From positions 177 through 64,176 of the IMG/VR virus record IMGVR_UViG_3300031146_000002: a stretch of 64,000 nucleotides of DNA; one strand, written 5' to 3'. How positions within the stretch are numbered: the stretch's first letter is position 1; every line of letters starts with the position of its first letter. A model generated the notes under the pieces. The model was not told the DNA's origin. It did no database searches and saw only the letters and a list, made by a program, of their open reading frames with translations. The DNA comes from a virus. Both the position numbers and the translations under genes were made by a program. Below are positions 18,704-27,021 of this stretch, piece after piece.

Positions 18704-19097
18704 CTTCCTGGACCACCCTCACGCGGCCGGCGGCCGCCATGCGGCGCGCCATATCCAACAGCGTCACTGACCCGGGGGTGGTCTGTGGTCTGTCGGGCCG
18801 CGGCACCTTGATGGGCTCCCGGCGCCGTCGGTCCGCGGTGAGCACCGAAGTCTCCTCGAGGAGGAGAGCGAGGAGCTCGTGAGTCAGGTCCCAATGCGGG
18901 GCCTGCGGGTTCCTCTGGCGTGTGGCTGCCTGCTCTGGAAGTGCCCGTAGGTGCGCCCGGAGCAGGCGGAGCCCGATCAGGTCTGGGTGCGTAGCCGGGA
19001 GCCAGACCCGGCGCGCGTCAACGCCTTGCGCACGGAGGTCCGACTCGATGTACCTCCACCGTTGCTGGAGGAGGTACCGAAGCCCAATGCTTCCCCC
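18687..19097 (-). CDS. Tail assembly chaperone, frameshift (G-T) extension
   Basis: Reached from 18977-19507 by a -1 shift at GGGGGAA. Confidence 0.7.
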   Translation of the reverse strand, partial: GGSIGLRYLLQQRWRYIESDLRAQGVDARRVWLPATHPDLIGLRLLRAHLRALPEQAATRQRNPQAPHWDLTHELLALLLEETSVLTADRRRREPIKVPRPDRPQTTPGSVTLLDMARRMAAAGRVRVVQEGDPAG

Positions 19098-19507
19098 AGG
19101 CTCACCCCGTAGACCGACCACGCGAACTTGGCCACCTTGATGTAGTCCGGGATGGACGGGTTCTTCGACCGCCACCGCGGCCACTGCTCCTCGCCGATGA
19201 GCCGCCGGAACACCTCGTGGATCGCGTCGAGCAGGTTCACCAGGATCAGCGGCCGCTCACGAACCTTCGCGAACAGATCGGTGAGGTCGGCGCTGTCGGG
19301 GTCGGCCGGGTTTCCTTCCGCCGCAAGGTCGACGAGGATCGTGATCAGGTCGTCCAGCTTGTGCTCGAACAGCGGGTCGAGCACCGCGGCCGGCAGCTGG
19401 ACGGGAAGCGTGAAGGTCTCGCCGCCCAGCTTGATTCGCGGCGGCTGGGCGTTGGCCTCGCGCCGCGCGGCGTCCAGATCCAGCTCGTACTCGTCCATCG
19501 TGGACAT
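18977..19507 (-). CDS. Tail assembly chaperone (G)
   Basis: Between tail tube and tape measure. Confidence 0.8.
   Translation of the reverse strand: MSTMDEYELDLDAARREANAQPPRIKLGGETFTLPVQLPAAVLDPLFEHKLDDLITILVDLAAEGNPADPDSADLTDLFAKVRERPLILVNLLDAIHEVFRRLIGEEQWPRWRSKNPSIPDYIKVAKFAWSVYGVSLGEALGFGTSSSNGGGTSSRTSVRKALTRAGSGSRLRTQT
19091..19097 (-). other. Programmed -1 frameshift site GGGGGAA
   Basis: CTG GGG GAA; the -1 frame stays open to 18687. Confidence 0.65.
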
Positions 19508-19552
19508 ACCAGGGGGGTCCTTCCTCTTCGTGTGGTGGTTCGGCTCGGTCGA

Positions 19553-20113
19553 CTACGCCACGGCCAGAGCGGGGTCGTTGGTGAGCAGGTACCAGTCGTC
19601 CTGCCCCTCCGCGCCGAGGATCGACAGCCGCAGCGGCAAACGGGTCTCAGGCTGCTTGTTCAGCTGCAACTCGACCTCGGACCGGTTGAAGCAGCGGGCG
19701 GCGCAGAACCTGTAGTGCTTGGGCCCGTCGTAGACGTCGAGGACCGCGGATACCTCGGTACGGCCACCGAACGCGGGCGGCCTGTATCGGTAGAGGCCAT
19801 CGCCCTCGTTGGTGATGGTGCCGCCGCCGAAGACTGCCTTGAGGTTGTCGCCCTTCCACTCCATGAGCTCAATGTCGATGCCGGCCGCGGTAGAGACCTG
19901 CATGATCATCACCGGGTAGTCGGACTGGTGGGCCATGACCGATTGGAACTCGGGCGTGACCCGGAAGCGAGCCGACTCCTGGTTCGTGTAGCCAACGTCG
20001 AACCAGCCGGTTCCTGGCTGGCTGAGGTCGGAAGGCATGGTGGCGCCAACAGCTGCAAGCCAGAGCCTCACCAGCTTGGCCTGCAACAGGTTCGCGGGGT
20101 TCGGACCGGTCAT
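19553..20113 (-). CDS. Major tail (tube) protein
   Basis: WFDVGYTNQES, IELMEW, AVLDVYDG, VELQLNK pattern; synteny. Confidence 0.85.
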   Translation of the reverse strand: MTGPNPANLLQAKLVRLWLAAVGATMPSDLSQPGTGWFDVGYTNQESARFRVTPEFQSVMAHQSDYPVMIMQVSTAAGIDIELMEWKGDNLKAVFGGGTITNEGDGLYRYRPPAFGGRTEVSAVLDVYDGPKHYRFCAARCFNRSEVELQLNKQPETRLPLRLSILGAEGQDDWYLLTNDPALAVA

Positions 20114-20152
20114 GGTGATGGCTGCCTCTCATCTGGTTGGCGGACGAGAGGC

Positions 20153-20180
20153 ACGCTAAGGACGCGCCCAGGCTTACGTC
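20153..20180 (-). promoter_or_regulatory. Putative late promoter (tail tube)
   Basis: GACGTAAG-N14-TAGCGT; box lies in the loop of a 10-bp hairpin. Confidence 0.6.
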
Positions 20181-20205
20181 CTGGGCGCGGGATGCTCCAC
20201 TGTAG

Positions 20206-20637
20206 TCACGCCGGCCGGAGGTGCAGGGTGACGGTGTGCGCCCAGCAGGGCTGTTTGGTCGCCTGGTCCGGTTGCCACCGGGCGGTGCCGACCGTGTGGG
20301 CGTGGATGACGACGGGCTGGCCCGGCTCCTCGATCTCGCGTGCCATGCGCAGCACGTGCTCGACCGCCTGGTAGAGCAGGCGGCGAAGCTGCTCGGACCC
20401 GGGGCTGCCGTCGAGATCGCCCCACATCTCGATGTTCACCTCGCCGATGAGGCGGGTGTCGAGCACGCCGTCGTCGCCGCCCGCGCTGGGCGCCACCCGA
20501 AGGTGGGGGTAGGGCGGCTCGTTCAGCCCGCTCACCCGGGCAGGGTCGACTCCGCCCATCGCGGCGAGCAGTTCCGTGTTCGTCTGGAGTCTGGCGAGGA
20601 CGATCCGCACGGGATCGACGTCAGCGAAGCTCACCAT
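20206..20637 (-). CDS. Tail terminator/completion protein
   Basis: Synteny; PPYPHLRV, VNIEMWG. Confidence 0.7.
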   Translation of the reverse strand: MVSFADVDPVRIVLARLQTNTELLAAMGGVDPARVSGLNEPPYPHLRVAPSAGGDDGVLDTRLIGEVNIEMWGDLDGSPGSEQLRRLLYQAVEHVLRMAREIEEPGQPVVIHAHTVGTARWQPDQATKQPCWAHTVTLHLRPA

Positions 20638-20646
20638 GGCCGGCTC

Positions 20647-21162
20647 CTACAGGCCGAGGCGACGCTTGATGGCGCGCAGAACTCGCCCGAGCCAGCGGGT
20701 TCCGTTGTCGTGGCCGTTGCCGAACTCCGACTCGGCGATCCGTGGCCCGGTGACGATCACCTTGCCGGTGACCTCCGTGCCGTTGACCCGCACGTCGGTG
20801 CGGATGTCGTGGATGATGCCGCCCTGCCGGATGTGCAGCTTGCACCGGCAGTTCGCGGTCAGGCCAGGTGACGCCTCGGGGTCGCGTGGTTCCCGCAGCC
20901 ACTGGGTCGGGCCGACGTCGTAGTGCTGCCGGTCGTAGTTCGGGCTGGGCAGGAGGAACCGCAGGTTCATAGGGATCTCGGTGCCGTGCACCAGCCGGTG
21001 CTCCGGGCGAACGTTGTGGTCCTCCATCGTGACCCACACCTTGGTGTCGGTCGCGGTTCGCTTGGCCTCCCGCACGAGCTCCTCGGTGATGCGGTTGACC
21101 CGCTTGGCGACCAGCCGCGCGACTTTGTAGTCCAGGTCGCGGTCGGGAACGAACGTCGTCAC
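20647..21162 (-). CDS. Neck (HK97 gp10-like) protein carrying a MuF-like motif
   Basis: KVWVTMEDHNVRPEH...ANCRCKL inside an otherwise gp10-like protein ending AESEFGNGHDNGTRWL. Confidence 0.6.
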   Translation of the reverse strand: MTTFVPDRDLDYKVARLVAKRVNRITEELVREAKRTATDTKVWVTMEDHNVRPEHRLVHGTEIPMNLRFLLPSPNYDRQHYDVGPTQWLREPRDPEASPGLTANCRCKLHIRQGGIIHDIRTDVRVNGTEVTGKVIVTGPRIAESEFGNGHDNGTRWLGRVLRAIKRRLGL

Positions 21163-21506
21163 AGCGGACCTCCTGGTTGGCCGCGGTCCGGGTCCGGCGG
21201 GTCCTGCCGCGCGGTGACCCGTACGTGGTCAACGTCGGGGTGGTCGGGTACAGCGCTGAGCCGGGGCTCGCCGTAAACGACCCACCGACTCCCGTCCTCC
21301 CGCTCCACCGTGTCGCCGGCGTGCACCGGCCACACCGACGGGTCGAGCCGTAGAGACCAGGACCCATCCGGCTGCTGGCCCGCAGCCCCGTCAACGAACT
21401 CGGTCCACGTTCCACCACCGGGCACCGGGAGGCCGTGCCCGTCCCGCGGCTGCGGGTGCGGCAGTCTCAGCACCCTGTACCGGCCATCGGCGAGCACCAC
21501 CACCAT
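21159..21506 (-). CDS. Head closure/stopper-like protein
   Basis: Synteny and size; TGATG coupling with upstream gene. Confidence 0.6.
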   Translation of the reverse strand: MVVVLADGRYRVLRLPHPQPRDGHGLPVPGGGTWTEFVDGAAGQQPDGSWSLRLDPSVWPVHAGDTVEREDGSRWVVYGEPRLSAVPDHPDVDHVRVTARQDPPDPDRGQPGGPL

Positions 21507-21889
21507 CAGTCCGCCCTCGCCCTCGCCCGCATGGCCTCCCACTGCGCGACCGCCCGCGCCGCAGCTGCCCGCACCTTCGGTGACACCTTCCCGCCGCCGC
21601 GCGCCCAGCGCCTCATCGTGGCGACCGCGACCGCGATCGCCCTCGAGGTCGACATGCCGCGCCGGCGCAGCGCGTTGGCCACGATGCGGATGTAGCGGGG
21701 GAGGCCGCCTGCCCGGTCGACCCAGTTCTGCCGCCCGCCTGGTGTTCCCAGACGAGCGTCGTCACCGACTCGCCCACCAGGGGTGATGGTGAGCGCCTTC
21801 GACTCCTCGATGATCGCCGCCTCGAGCTCTGCATCGCTGGGCAGTTCAATGCGCTCAGCGTGCAGCGTCGGTACGAGCAGGACGGCCAT
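21506..21889 (-). CDS. Conserved-looking hypothetical protein
   Basis: NWVDRAGGLPRYIRIVANAL...SRAIAVAV; leaderless start after promoter element; begins MAVLLVP. Confidence 0.7.
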   Translation of the reverse strand: MAVLLVPTLHAERIELPSDAELEAAIIEESKALTITPGGRVGDDARLGTPGGRQNWVDRAGGLPRYIRIVANALRRRGMSTSRAIAVAVATMRRWARGGGKVSPKVRAAAARAVAQWEAMRARARAD

Positions 21890-21896
21890 GGTTGGC

Positions 21897-21924
21897 ACGG
21901 TACTGGCGGGGCGGGGGTTGCGTA
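21897..21924 (-). promoter_or_regulatory. Putative late promoter
   Basis: TACGCAAC-N14-TACCGT-N7-ATG. Confidence 0.6.
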
Positions 21925-21928
21925 CTCG

Positions 21929-23410
21929 CTACTGTCCACGGGCGAGGGTAGCCAGGATGCCGAGGGTGAACTGGCGCAAACCAGGGCCGGCGTCGTACTC
22001 CGGCACCACGCGGAAGAGCTCCTCGATGCCAGCCGAGAACACCTCCCAGTGCAGGCTCGCGGGATCGTCCGGCTCCGGCAGCCCGTCCTCAATGTCCTCG
22101 TACGTCTTGCCCACGTAAGGATCGATCCAGTCGTCCGGGTAGACCCACTCGCCTCGCGCGTAGTGGCTGCCACCCGGCAGATCCTGCCGGTCGCGCGCCA
22201 GCTCGAGGTTGCCGTCGGGTCCGGTTGCACGGCGGCGTAGGTAGCTGAACTCGAGCTCCTTTAGCCCCGGGACCATCTGCTCCATCCGATGCGCGAGCTC
22301 GTGCACCATCGTCTCGAGCGCGTAGTCGCCGAAGCCGTCGGACGGCACCTGGTCAGCCTCGGTTGGCAACACACCAAGCAGCTTTCTGTCCGGATAGTAG
22401 GAGCCTCGAGCGTCGCCGGTCACGTAGAGCTCGTCCTGCGCGGACAGTCGCAACCAGTCGCTCGGGAAGAACTTCTCCGCGGCCTTCAGTCGCTCCCTCC
22501 AGTCGGAGCGCAGCGGCACAGGGCTGCGCCCGTACCACTCGGTGACGTACGTGTGCGAAACGCCGCCCATCTCGCGGAGCTGAGAGAGCAGCGCGAACAG
22601 GATCTGCTGCCGGCGTTGGGCCAGTTGAGCCCGGGCCGGAGTGCGCTTCGGAAGACCTCTGACGCCCTCCTCAGTCACCACGATGGGACCGGTCACCGGG
22701 GCCAGATCCTCCGGGGTAAGCAGAGCCTCAAGTCGCTGGATCTCCGGGTCTGCCCGGTAGGCGGCCTGCAACGCCTCGTCCAGTGCCGCGCCAGCGTCCA
22801 GCACGGCGTCGAGGTAGCGGTGGTACGCCTCCGGCGGCATCTGCACGCCGTTGGCGTCTTCCTCGTATCGAGGCCAGAGTTCCTCGGGCATGTCCGGGTC
22901 CAGGTCGGGGTTGCGGGTTCGGGCCTCTCGTTCGACCCGGCGGAGAGCGGCCTCGAGGTTTGCAAGCTCTCGCCGTTCCCTGGTGAGCACGTAGTCGTTG
23001 GCTACACGCATGTCGATCTCGTCGGCAGACAGGCCGTACTCCCGAAGCTGTTCCGTCAGCTCCTGTTCCCGCTGAGCAATCCGTCTGCGGGTGTCCTCCA
23101 TCTGCGCCCGGACCTTCGCGACGCGACGCTCGCTCTCTTTCTGGGCTGGAAAGTAGTGGCCCCGGGCAGACATCCAGTCAGCACGACTGGCCGGAAGGAC
23201 GGCACGGGCCGCCTCGATGCGAGCCCGTTGGGCTCTGGTCAGCCGTGGGCCGCTCGACTGCCGCCGGGTCGTTGCCCGGCTGGGCGCGCGGCCGGTGGCC
23301 GGGCTTGCCGCCCCCAGCTTCCGGATGAACCGGCCACGCCAGTCTCGTGGATGCAGTTCTTCTCGCCACACGCGAGCCTTGGTCCAGGCTGGGAAAAGCA
23401 GAACGCCCAC
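21929..23410 (-). CDS. Tagged effector: HExxH zinc metallopeptidase-like protein
   Basis: Leader MGVLLFPAWTK-ARVWREELHPRDWRGRF; TMVHELAHRME and downstream WEVFS. Confidence 0.75.
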   Translation of the reverse strand: MGVLLFPAWTKARVWREELHPRDWRGRFIRKLGAASPATGRAPSRATTRRQSSGPRLTRAQRARIEAARAVLPASRADWMSARGHYFPAQKESERRVAKVRAQMEDTRRRIAQREQELTEQLREYGLSADEIDMRVANDYVLTRERRELANLEAALRRVEREARTRNPDLDPDMPEELWPRYEEDANGVQMPPEAYHRYLDAVLDAGAALDEALQAAYRADPEIQRLEALLTPEDLAPVTGPIVVTEEGVRGLPKRTPARAQLAQRRQQILFALLSQLREMGGVSHTYVTEWYGRSPVPLRSDWRERLKAAEKFFPSDWLRLSAQDELYVTGDARGSYYPDRKLLGVLPTEADQVPSDGFGDYALETMVHELAHRMEQMVPGLKELEFSYLRRRATGPDGNLELARDRQDLPGGSHYARGEWVYPDDWIDPYVGKTYEDIEDGLPEPDDPASLHWEVFSAGIEELFRVVPEYDAGPGLRQFTLGILATLARGQ

Positions 23411-23435
23411 ACCGACCTCCTCCGGTTCGGAGAGG

Positions 23436-23463
23436 ACGGTATGGGCGTTGGAGGCCTTGCGTA
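23436..23463 (-). promoter_or_regulatory. Putative late promoter
   Basis: TACGCAAG-N14-TACCGT, then GGAGG RBS. Confidence 0.6.
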
Positions 23464-23742
23464 CTAGTGGATGGCGCCGGGGTTAGCTGTGACTCTTGGG
23501 AGATCCGGTGGGGTGCCGGTCACGGTCACAGGGCCCGGGATGATGCGGAGTGCCTGCAGGTACAGCCACGCCTCGTCACGGGGTCCGGTGGGCATGTAGA
23601 GCGGCCCCGTCGGTGTCATCGGCACTGGCCGGCCCGCCTGCTCCACGCACTCTTGGTGCGTGATCCGGTCTGCGGTCCAGGTCCCCTTGTCGTCAACTTG
23701 GAGAAACCGGCCGTCAGGCCCCGCTACCTTCCACTTCGGCAC
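23464..23742 (-). CDS. Hypothetical protein, tandem paralog 2
   Basis: AGRPVPMTPTGP.Y.PT.P.DE..LYL.AL..IPGP shared with 23761-24039. Confidence 0.75.
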   Translation of the reverse strand: MPKWKVAGPDGRFLQVDDKGTWTADRITHQECVEQAGRPVPMTPTGPLYMPTGPRDEAWLYLQALRIIPGPVTVTGTPPDLPRVTANPGAIH

Positions 23743-23760
23743 CCCATCAGCGTACGCCGA

Positions 23761-24039
23761 TTATGGCGTAGCGCCGGCCGGCACCTCGGTGTCGAGGTCG
23801 GGCACCTGGGGTGGTGTGCCCGTGATGGTGTGCGGGCCGGGGATCATGTGGAGCGCGAGCAGGTACAGCCCGACCTCATCGTCGGGGCTGGTCGGCTGGT
23901 AGGCGGGCCCGGTTGGCGTGACCGGCACAGGCCGGCCAGCGAACGGCAGCACGTCGATGGTCGTGGTGGGATCGGCCGAGACAGACTTGCCGTCGTGGGC
24001 CATCCACCGACCCTCGCTGCCCTCTACACGCCAAGCCAT
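23761..24039 (-). CDS. Hypothetical protein, tandem paralog 1
   Basis: Paralog of 23464-23742. Confidence 0.75.
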   Translation of the reverse strand: MAWRVEGSEGRWMAHDGKSVSADPTTTIDVLPFAGRPVPVTPTGPAYQPTSPDDEVGLYLLALHMIPGPHTITGTPPQVPDLDTEVPAGATP

Positions 24040-24054
24040 GGCTCACCCCCAATC

Positions 24055-24075
24055 GTGGGGGTCGACTGCCCCCAC
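24055..24075 (-). promoter_or_regulatory. Leader hairpin element, divergent copy (GTGGGGG-CAGTCGA-CCCCCAC)
   Basis: Same geometry; compensatory C/G swap; TACGAT -10-like hexamer 4 nt upstream. Confidence 0.5.
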
Positions 24076-24131
24076 ACACATCGTATCCGAAAGCGATTGA
24101 ACCGATAATCACTCAGGTCGATTGGAGAGCG

Positions 24132-24335
24132 ATGAGCCGATACATCCCACCCGGCGGGGGACCGACCCGCGTCGACCCAGGCGACCTCACACCACGGCAG
24201 CGGCGGGCCCTCCGGCGCCTCGCCCGCCGTCCGCAGCGACCGACCGCTCGGAAGACGATGCGGGGCGACGCCGACCGTACGTCGCCCCGCACCCTAGACC
24301 CCCCCGGGCTGGCCGAGCACGATACGGACCGGTGA
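24132..24335 (+). CDS. Small basic hypothetical protein
   Basis: GGAG RBS before ATG; 67 aa. Confidence 0.4.
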   Translation: MSRYIPPGGGPTRVDPGDLTPRQRRALRRLARRPQRPTARKTMRGDADRTSPRTLDPPGLAEHDTDR

Positions 24336-24375
24336 CAGGTTGTGTCCTGTCGTACAGGCGATCTAGCCTGCGCTT

Positions 24376-24999
24376 GTGTCGCTGCTCGTCGTGGAAGGGC
24401 CGGTACCTGGGTGGGTCGATGAGCCGCCACCGCGACCCGAGGATCTGACCGATCCGCTCGCGCAGAGGCTGTACGCCAAGGTCGAGGTGGCGGCGGCCCC
24501 CGCCGGGCGGTGGTTCATGGGCGCCTGCTGGCGCTACACCGGCAACACCAGCGGCGGGTACGGCCGAATCAAGGTGGGCGGCAAGCTGCGCCAGGCGCAC
24601 CGGGTCGCGTGGGAGCTGGAGCACGGCCCCATCCCGCCCGGGCTAACCCTCGACCACATCTGCCACGAGCCGACCCTCTGCCCGGACTGGCGAGTCTGCC
24701 CACACCGGCAGTGCATCCGGCCCGACCACCTCGGCCTGGTGAGCCGACCGGTCAACGCCACCCGTAACCTGTCCCCGCCCGCGATCTACGGCCGGGCCAC
24801 CCACTGCGTGCACGGACACGAGCTGGCCGGCGCGAACCTCGTCATCCGGTCGCGCAAGCCGCGCCGGCCGGGCGAACGTCGCCGGCCGCGCCGCGACTGC
24901 CGCACCTGCCTGCTGCGTCGGTGGCGGGAGTGGAACGCGCGGCTCAACGCGATGGAGGCCGCTCGCGAAGCGGCGATGGCAGCAGCGGCCGTCGGGTAG
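24376..24999 (+). CDS. HNH endonuclease
   Basis: CWRYTG..GGYGRI..AHRVAWEL..GPIP.GLTLDHIC..HRQCIRPDHL..VN; C-terminal THCVHGH...CRTC; start uncertain. Confidence 0.88.
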   Translation: MSLLVVEGPVPGWVDEPPPRPEDLTDPLAQRLYAKVEVAAAPAGRWFMGACWRYTGNTSGGYGRIKVGGKLRQAHRVAWELEHGPIPPGLTLDHICHEPTLCPDWRVCPHRQCIRPDHLGLVSRPVNATRNLSPPAIYGRATHCVHGHELAGANLVIRSRKPRRPGERRRPRRDCRTCLLRRWREWNARLNAMEAAREAAMAAAAVG

Positions 25000-25492
25000 G
25001 TTGATGGTTCTGGTGCGCGAACATAATGGCCTCTGCCAGCCCGGTCGGAATGATGAGCACCCGAAGGTGGGCCCGGGCCCCAGGGTTGATCTCCGAGTGA
25101 TGGCCGGCGCATACACCGAAGGTGGCGCCGGGGCTGAACGTCCTGGTCTCGATGCGGAGCGGCGTCAGCCCGTCCACCTCGTAGTGGATGCTGGCGGGCG
25201 TGGTGCAGTCGGGGAAGGCGCATGGTTCCCAGAGCCGAACCCACTGACGTGGGTTAACGCCGAACCGAGGAAGCTCGCCAAGCTGGAGCTCCAGCGTGAG
25301 CGCAGCGTCTCGCAGCTCGTGGTCGTGGTCGGGGCACAGGTCAACAAAGTCGCCCTCGACGAAGACACGGCCAGCCAGCTGGATCGGGTCGCGCACGTAG
25401 AAGGCGACGAGGGCGACGCTCGTGCATCCGGGCCGGATGCACGGGTGCCCCTCGCGGCGACGACGTTCGATCAGCTCTCCGACGTTCGGCAT
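24944..25492 (-). CDS. Cys-rich protein with an internally duplicated module
   Basis: CIRPGC...DLCPDH repeated as CAFPDC...GVCAGH. Confidence 0.65.
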   Translation of the reverse strand: MPNVGELIERRRREGHPCIRPGCTSVALVAFYVRDPIQLAGRVFVEGDFVDLCPDHDHELRDAALTLELQLGELPRFGVNPRQWVRLWEPCAFPDCTTPASIHYEVDGLTPLRIETRTFSPGATFGVCAGHHSEINPGARAHLRVLIIPTGLAEAIMFAHQNHQPTRRPLLPSPLRERPPSR

Positions 25493-25513
25493 GGCGCTGA
25501 GCCTACCGGCGGG

Positions 25514-25696
25514 TCAGGACCCTAGCCCTTCACGCAGGAGTGGAGCGAAGGCGTGCCGCGGGTCGAGTGGCTGACCGGCGACAAACACCTCGCGGCAGTG
25601 CGAGCAGACCAGTACCGCAGCGGGCGCGAATCGGTCGTCGTCGGCGACGTCGTACCAGATGAGCATGCCCGGGCAGATGGTCTCGTCGGGGTGCAT
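25514..25696 (-). CDS. Small CxxC protein
   Basis: MHPDETICPG...VCSHCREV; start uncertain. Confidence 0.5.
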   Translation of the reverse strand: MHPDETICPGMLIWYDVADDDRFAPAAVLVCSHCREVFVAGQPLDPRHAFAPLLREGLGS

Positions 25697-25704
25697 TGGT
25701 GCCC

Positions 25705-26307
25705 TCAGTACTCGGGTGGTCGGGTCCAGCCGGGCCGGATGTAGACGGTGCGGCCGGCGATGCGCCACTTGTCCATCGTGGACATCGGCGGCACGCCCTC
25801 GGCGGTGGTCGAGTCGTTGGTCTTGGGCTCGTCCACGTAGGTAACGGACTGGCCGTCGGCGGAGACGGATTTGATCTGCCGCGGCACCTTCGCCTGGACG
25901 ACGAGGCGCCGGACGAGCGGGTGGGCGAACGCGGCCGCCTTCTCGATGTACCGGCGGATCGCCACGTACGGCCGCTCGCGGGCGTCGATGCCGCCGATGT
26001 ACCGCACCGTGTAGAGGCCGGTGGCGATCTCGTCTTCGTCGAGTTCGGCGGTCTCCTCGAGGATCTGGACGATCGGCGGGTGCTCGACGTCGTAGGTGCG
26101 GCTGTGCTCGTCGTAGATCGCCCGAACGTGCTTCTCGGTGTACTCGGCCGGGATGATCGGCCGGCCCAGGTACGCCTCGACGTCAGCGATGACGTCCTGG
26201 ATCGCCTCTCTCACGGTGTCGAGCACGCCCTGCTGACTGGGGTCGAGACCGGCGAGACGCGCGACCTTCGCGGGGTCGACAACGAGGGGCGGGTCGGGCT
26301 CGGACAT
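25705..26307 (-). CDS. Head-tail adaptor (gp6/gp15-like)
   Basis: AIQDVIADVEAYLGRPI, IKSVSADGQSVTY; synteny. Confidence 0.8.
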   Translation of the reverse strand: MSEPDPPLVVDPAKVARLAGLDPSQQGVLDTVREAIQDVIADVEAYLGRPIIPAEYTEKHVRAIYDEHSRTYDVEHPPIVQILEETAELDEDEIATGLYTVRYIGGIDARERPYVAIRRYIEKAAAFAHPLVRRLVVQAKVPRQIKSVSADGQSVTYVDEPKTNDSTTAEGVPPMSTMDKWRIAGRTVYIRPGWTRPPEY

Positions 26308-26314
26308 GCCGGGC

Positions 26315-26342
26315 ACCGTACCCGCCCCCGAGGTCTACGGTC
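26315..26342 (-). promoter_or_regulatory. Putative late promoter
   Basis: GACCGTAG-N14-TACGGT-N7-ATG. Confidence 0.65.
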
Positions 26343-26343
26343 G

Positions 26344-26961
26344 TCAGCCGCCGCTCGCGGCCTCCACCGCCTTCTCGGCGGCGAGCATCTGTTGCACGGT
26401 CGCCCGGCTGACGTAGCTGCCCGCGGTGAACTTGAGCTGCTGCATCGGGGTCGTCTGCCCGGGCGGCCGGAACTGGATCTCTATGGGCCGGAGCACCTTC
26501 ACGATCGGCCCCGGGCTCGACAGGTCGAGCGCGTCAGCCAGCTTGAGCGGCCGACCCATGGCGTCAACGAACCCGAGGAAGTCCCCATCGGGGTTCGGCC
26601 GCGGCTTGGGCAGCACCGGCGGGGGAGGTTCTGGCACCGGCGGCGGGTCGAGCGGGGCCGCTGGGCTGTCGAGCACAACCTTGCCCGGGTCAGCAACGGC
26701 TGCCGCGGCGGCAGCCTTCACCGGAGGAGTAGCGGCCGGTGGCGGTGTCTTCTCCGCCGGGGGAGCAGCCGGTGGCGTCGGGGCCTCCTCGTCGTCCAGG
26801 CCGGTGTCGGACCCAAGCTCCTCTCGGGCGATCTGAGCGGCGAGCTCGTCGTCGAGCGCCGCGTCAACGAGCGCATCCGCCTCGGGGTCGCTGTGCTCGC
26901 GCGCGAGGAGCTCGTCCGGGTCCGGCCGGCGAGCGGCCGTCCTCCGTGGGCGCGGTGGCAT
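26344..26961 (-). CDS. Pro/Ala-rich head-region protein
   Basis: GGAG RBS; low-complexity N-terminus, globular C-terminus. Confidence 0.65.
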   Translation of the reverse strand: MPPRPRRTAARRPDPDELLAREHSDPEADALVDAALDDELAAQIAREELGSDTGLDDEEAPTPPAAPPAEKTPPPAATPPVKAAAAAAVADPGKVVLDSPAAPLDPPPVPEPPPPVLPKPRPNPDGDFLGFVDAMGRPLKLADALDLSSPGPIVKVLRPIEIQFRPPGQTTPMQQLKFTAGSYVSRATVQQMLAAEKAVEAASGG

Positions 26962-26993
26962 AGAAGCTCCTTCCATGCGGGGGTCGGTGAGCG

Positions 26994-27021
26994 AAGGTAG
27001 GGCCGGCGGGCCGCTAACGGC
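26994..27021 (-). promoter_or_regulatory. Putative late promoter
   Basis: GCCGTTAG-N14-TACCTT. Confidence 0.55.

Noticed and set aside
19091-19097. Frameshift as a novel feature
   Set aside because: Standard tail-chaperone -1 frameshift of long-tailed phages; listed as a feature only.
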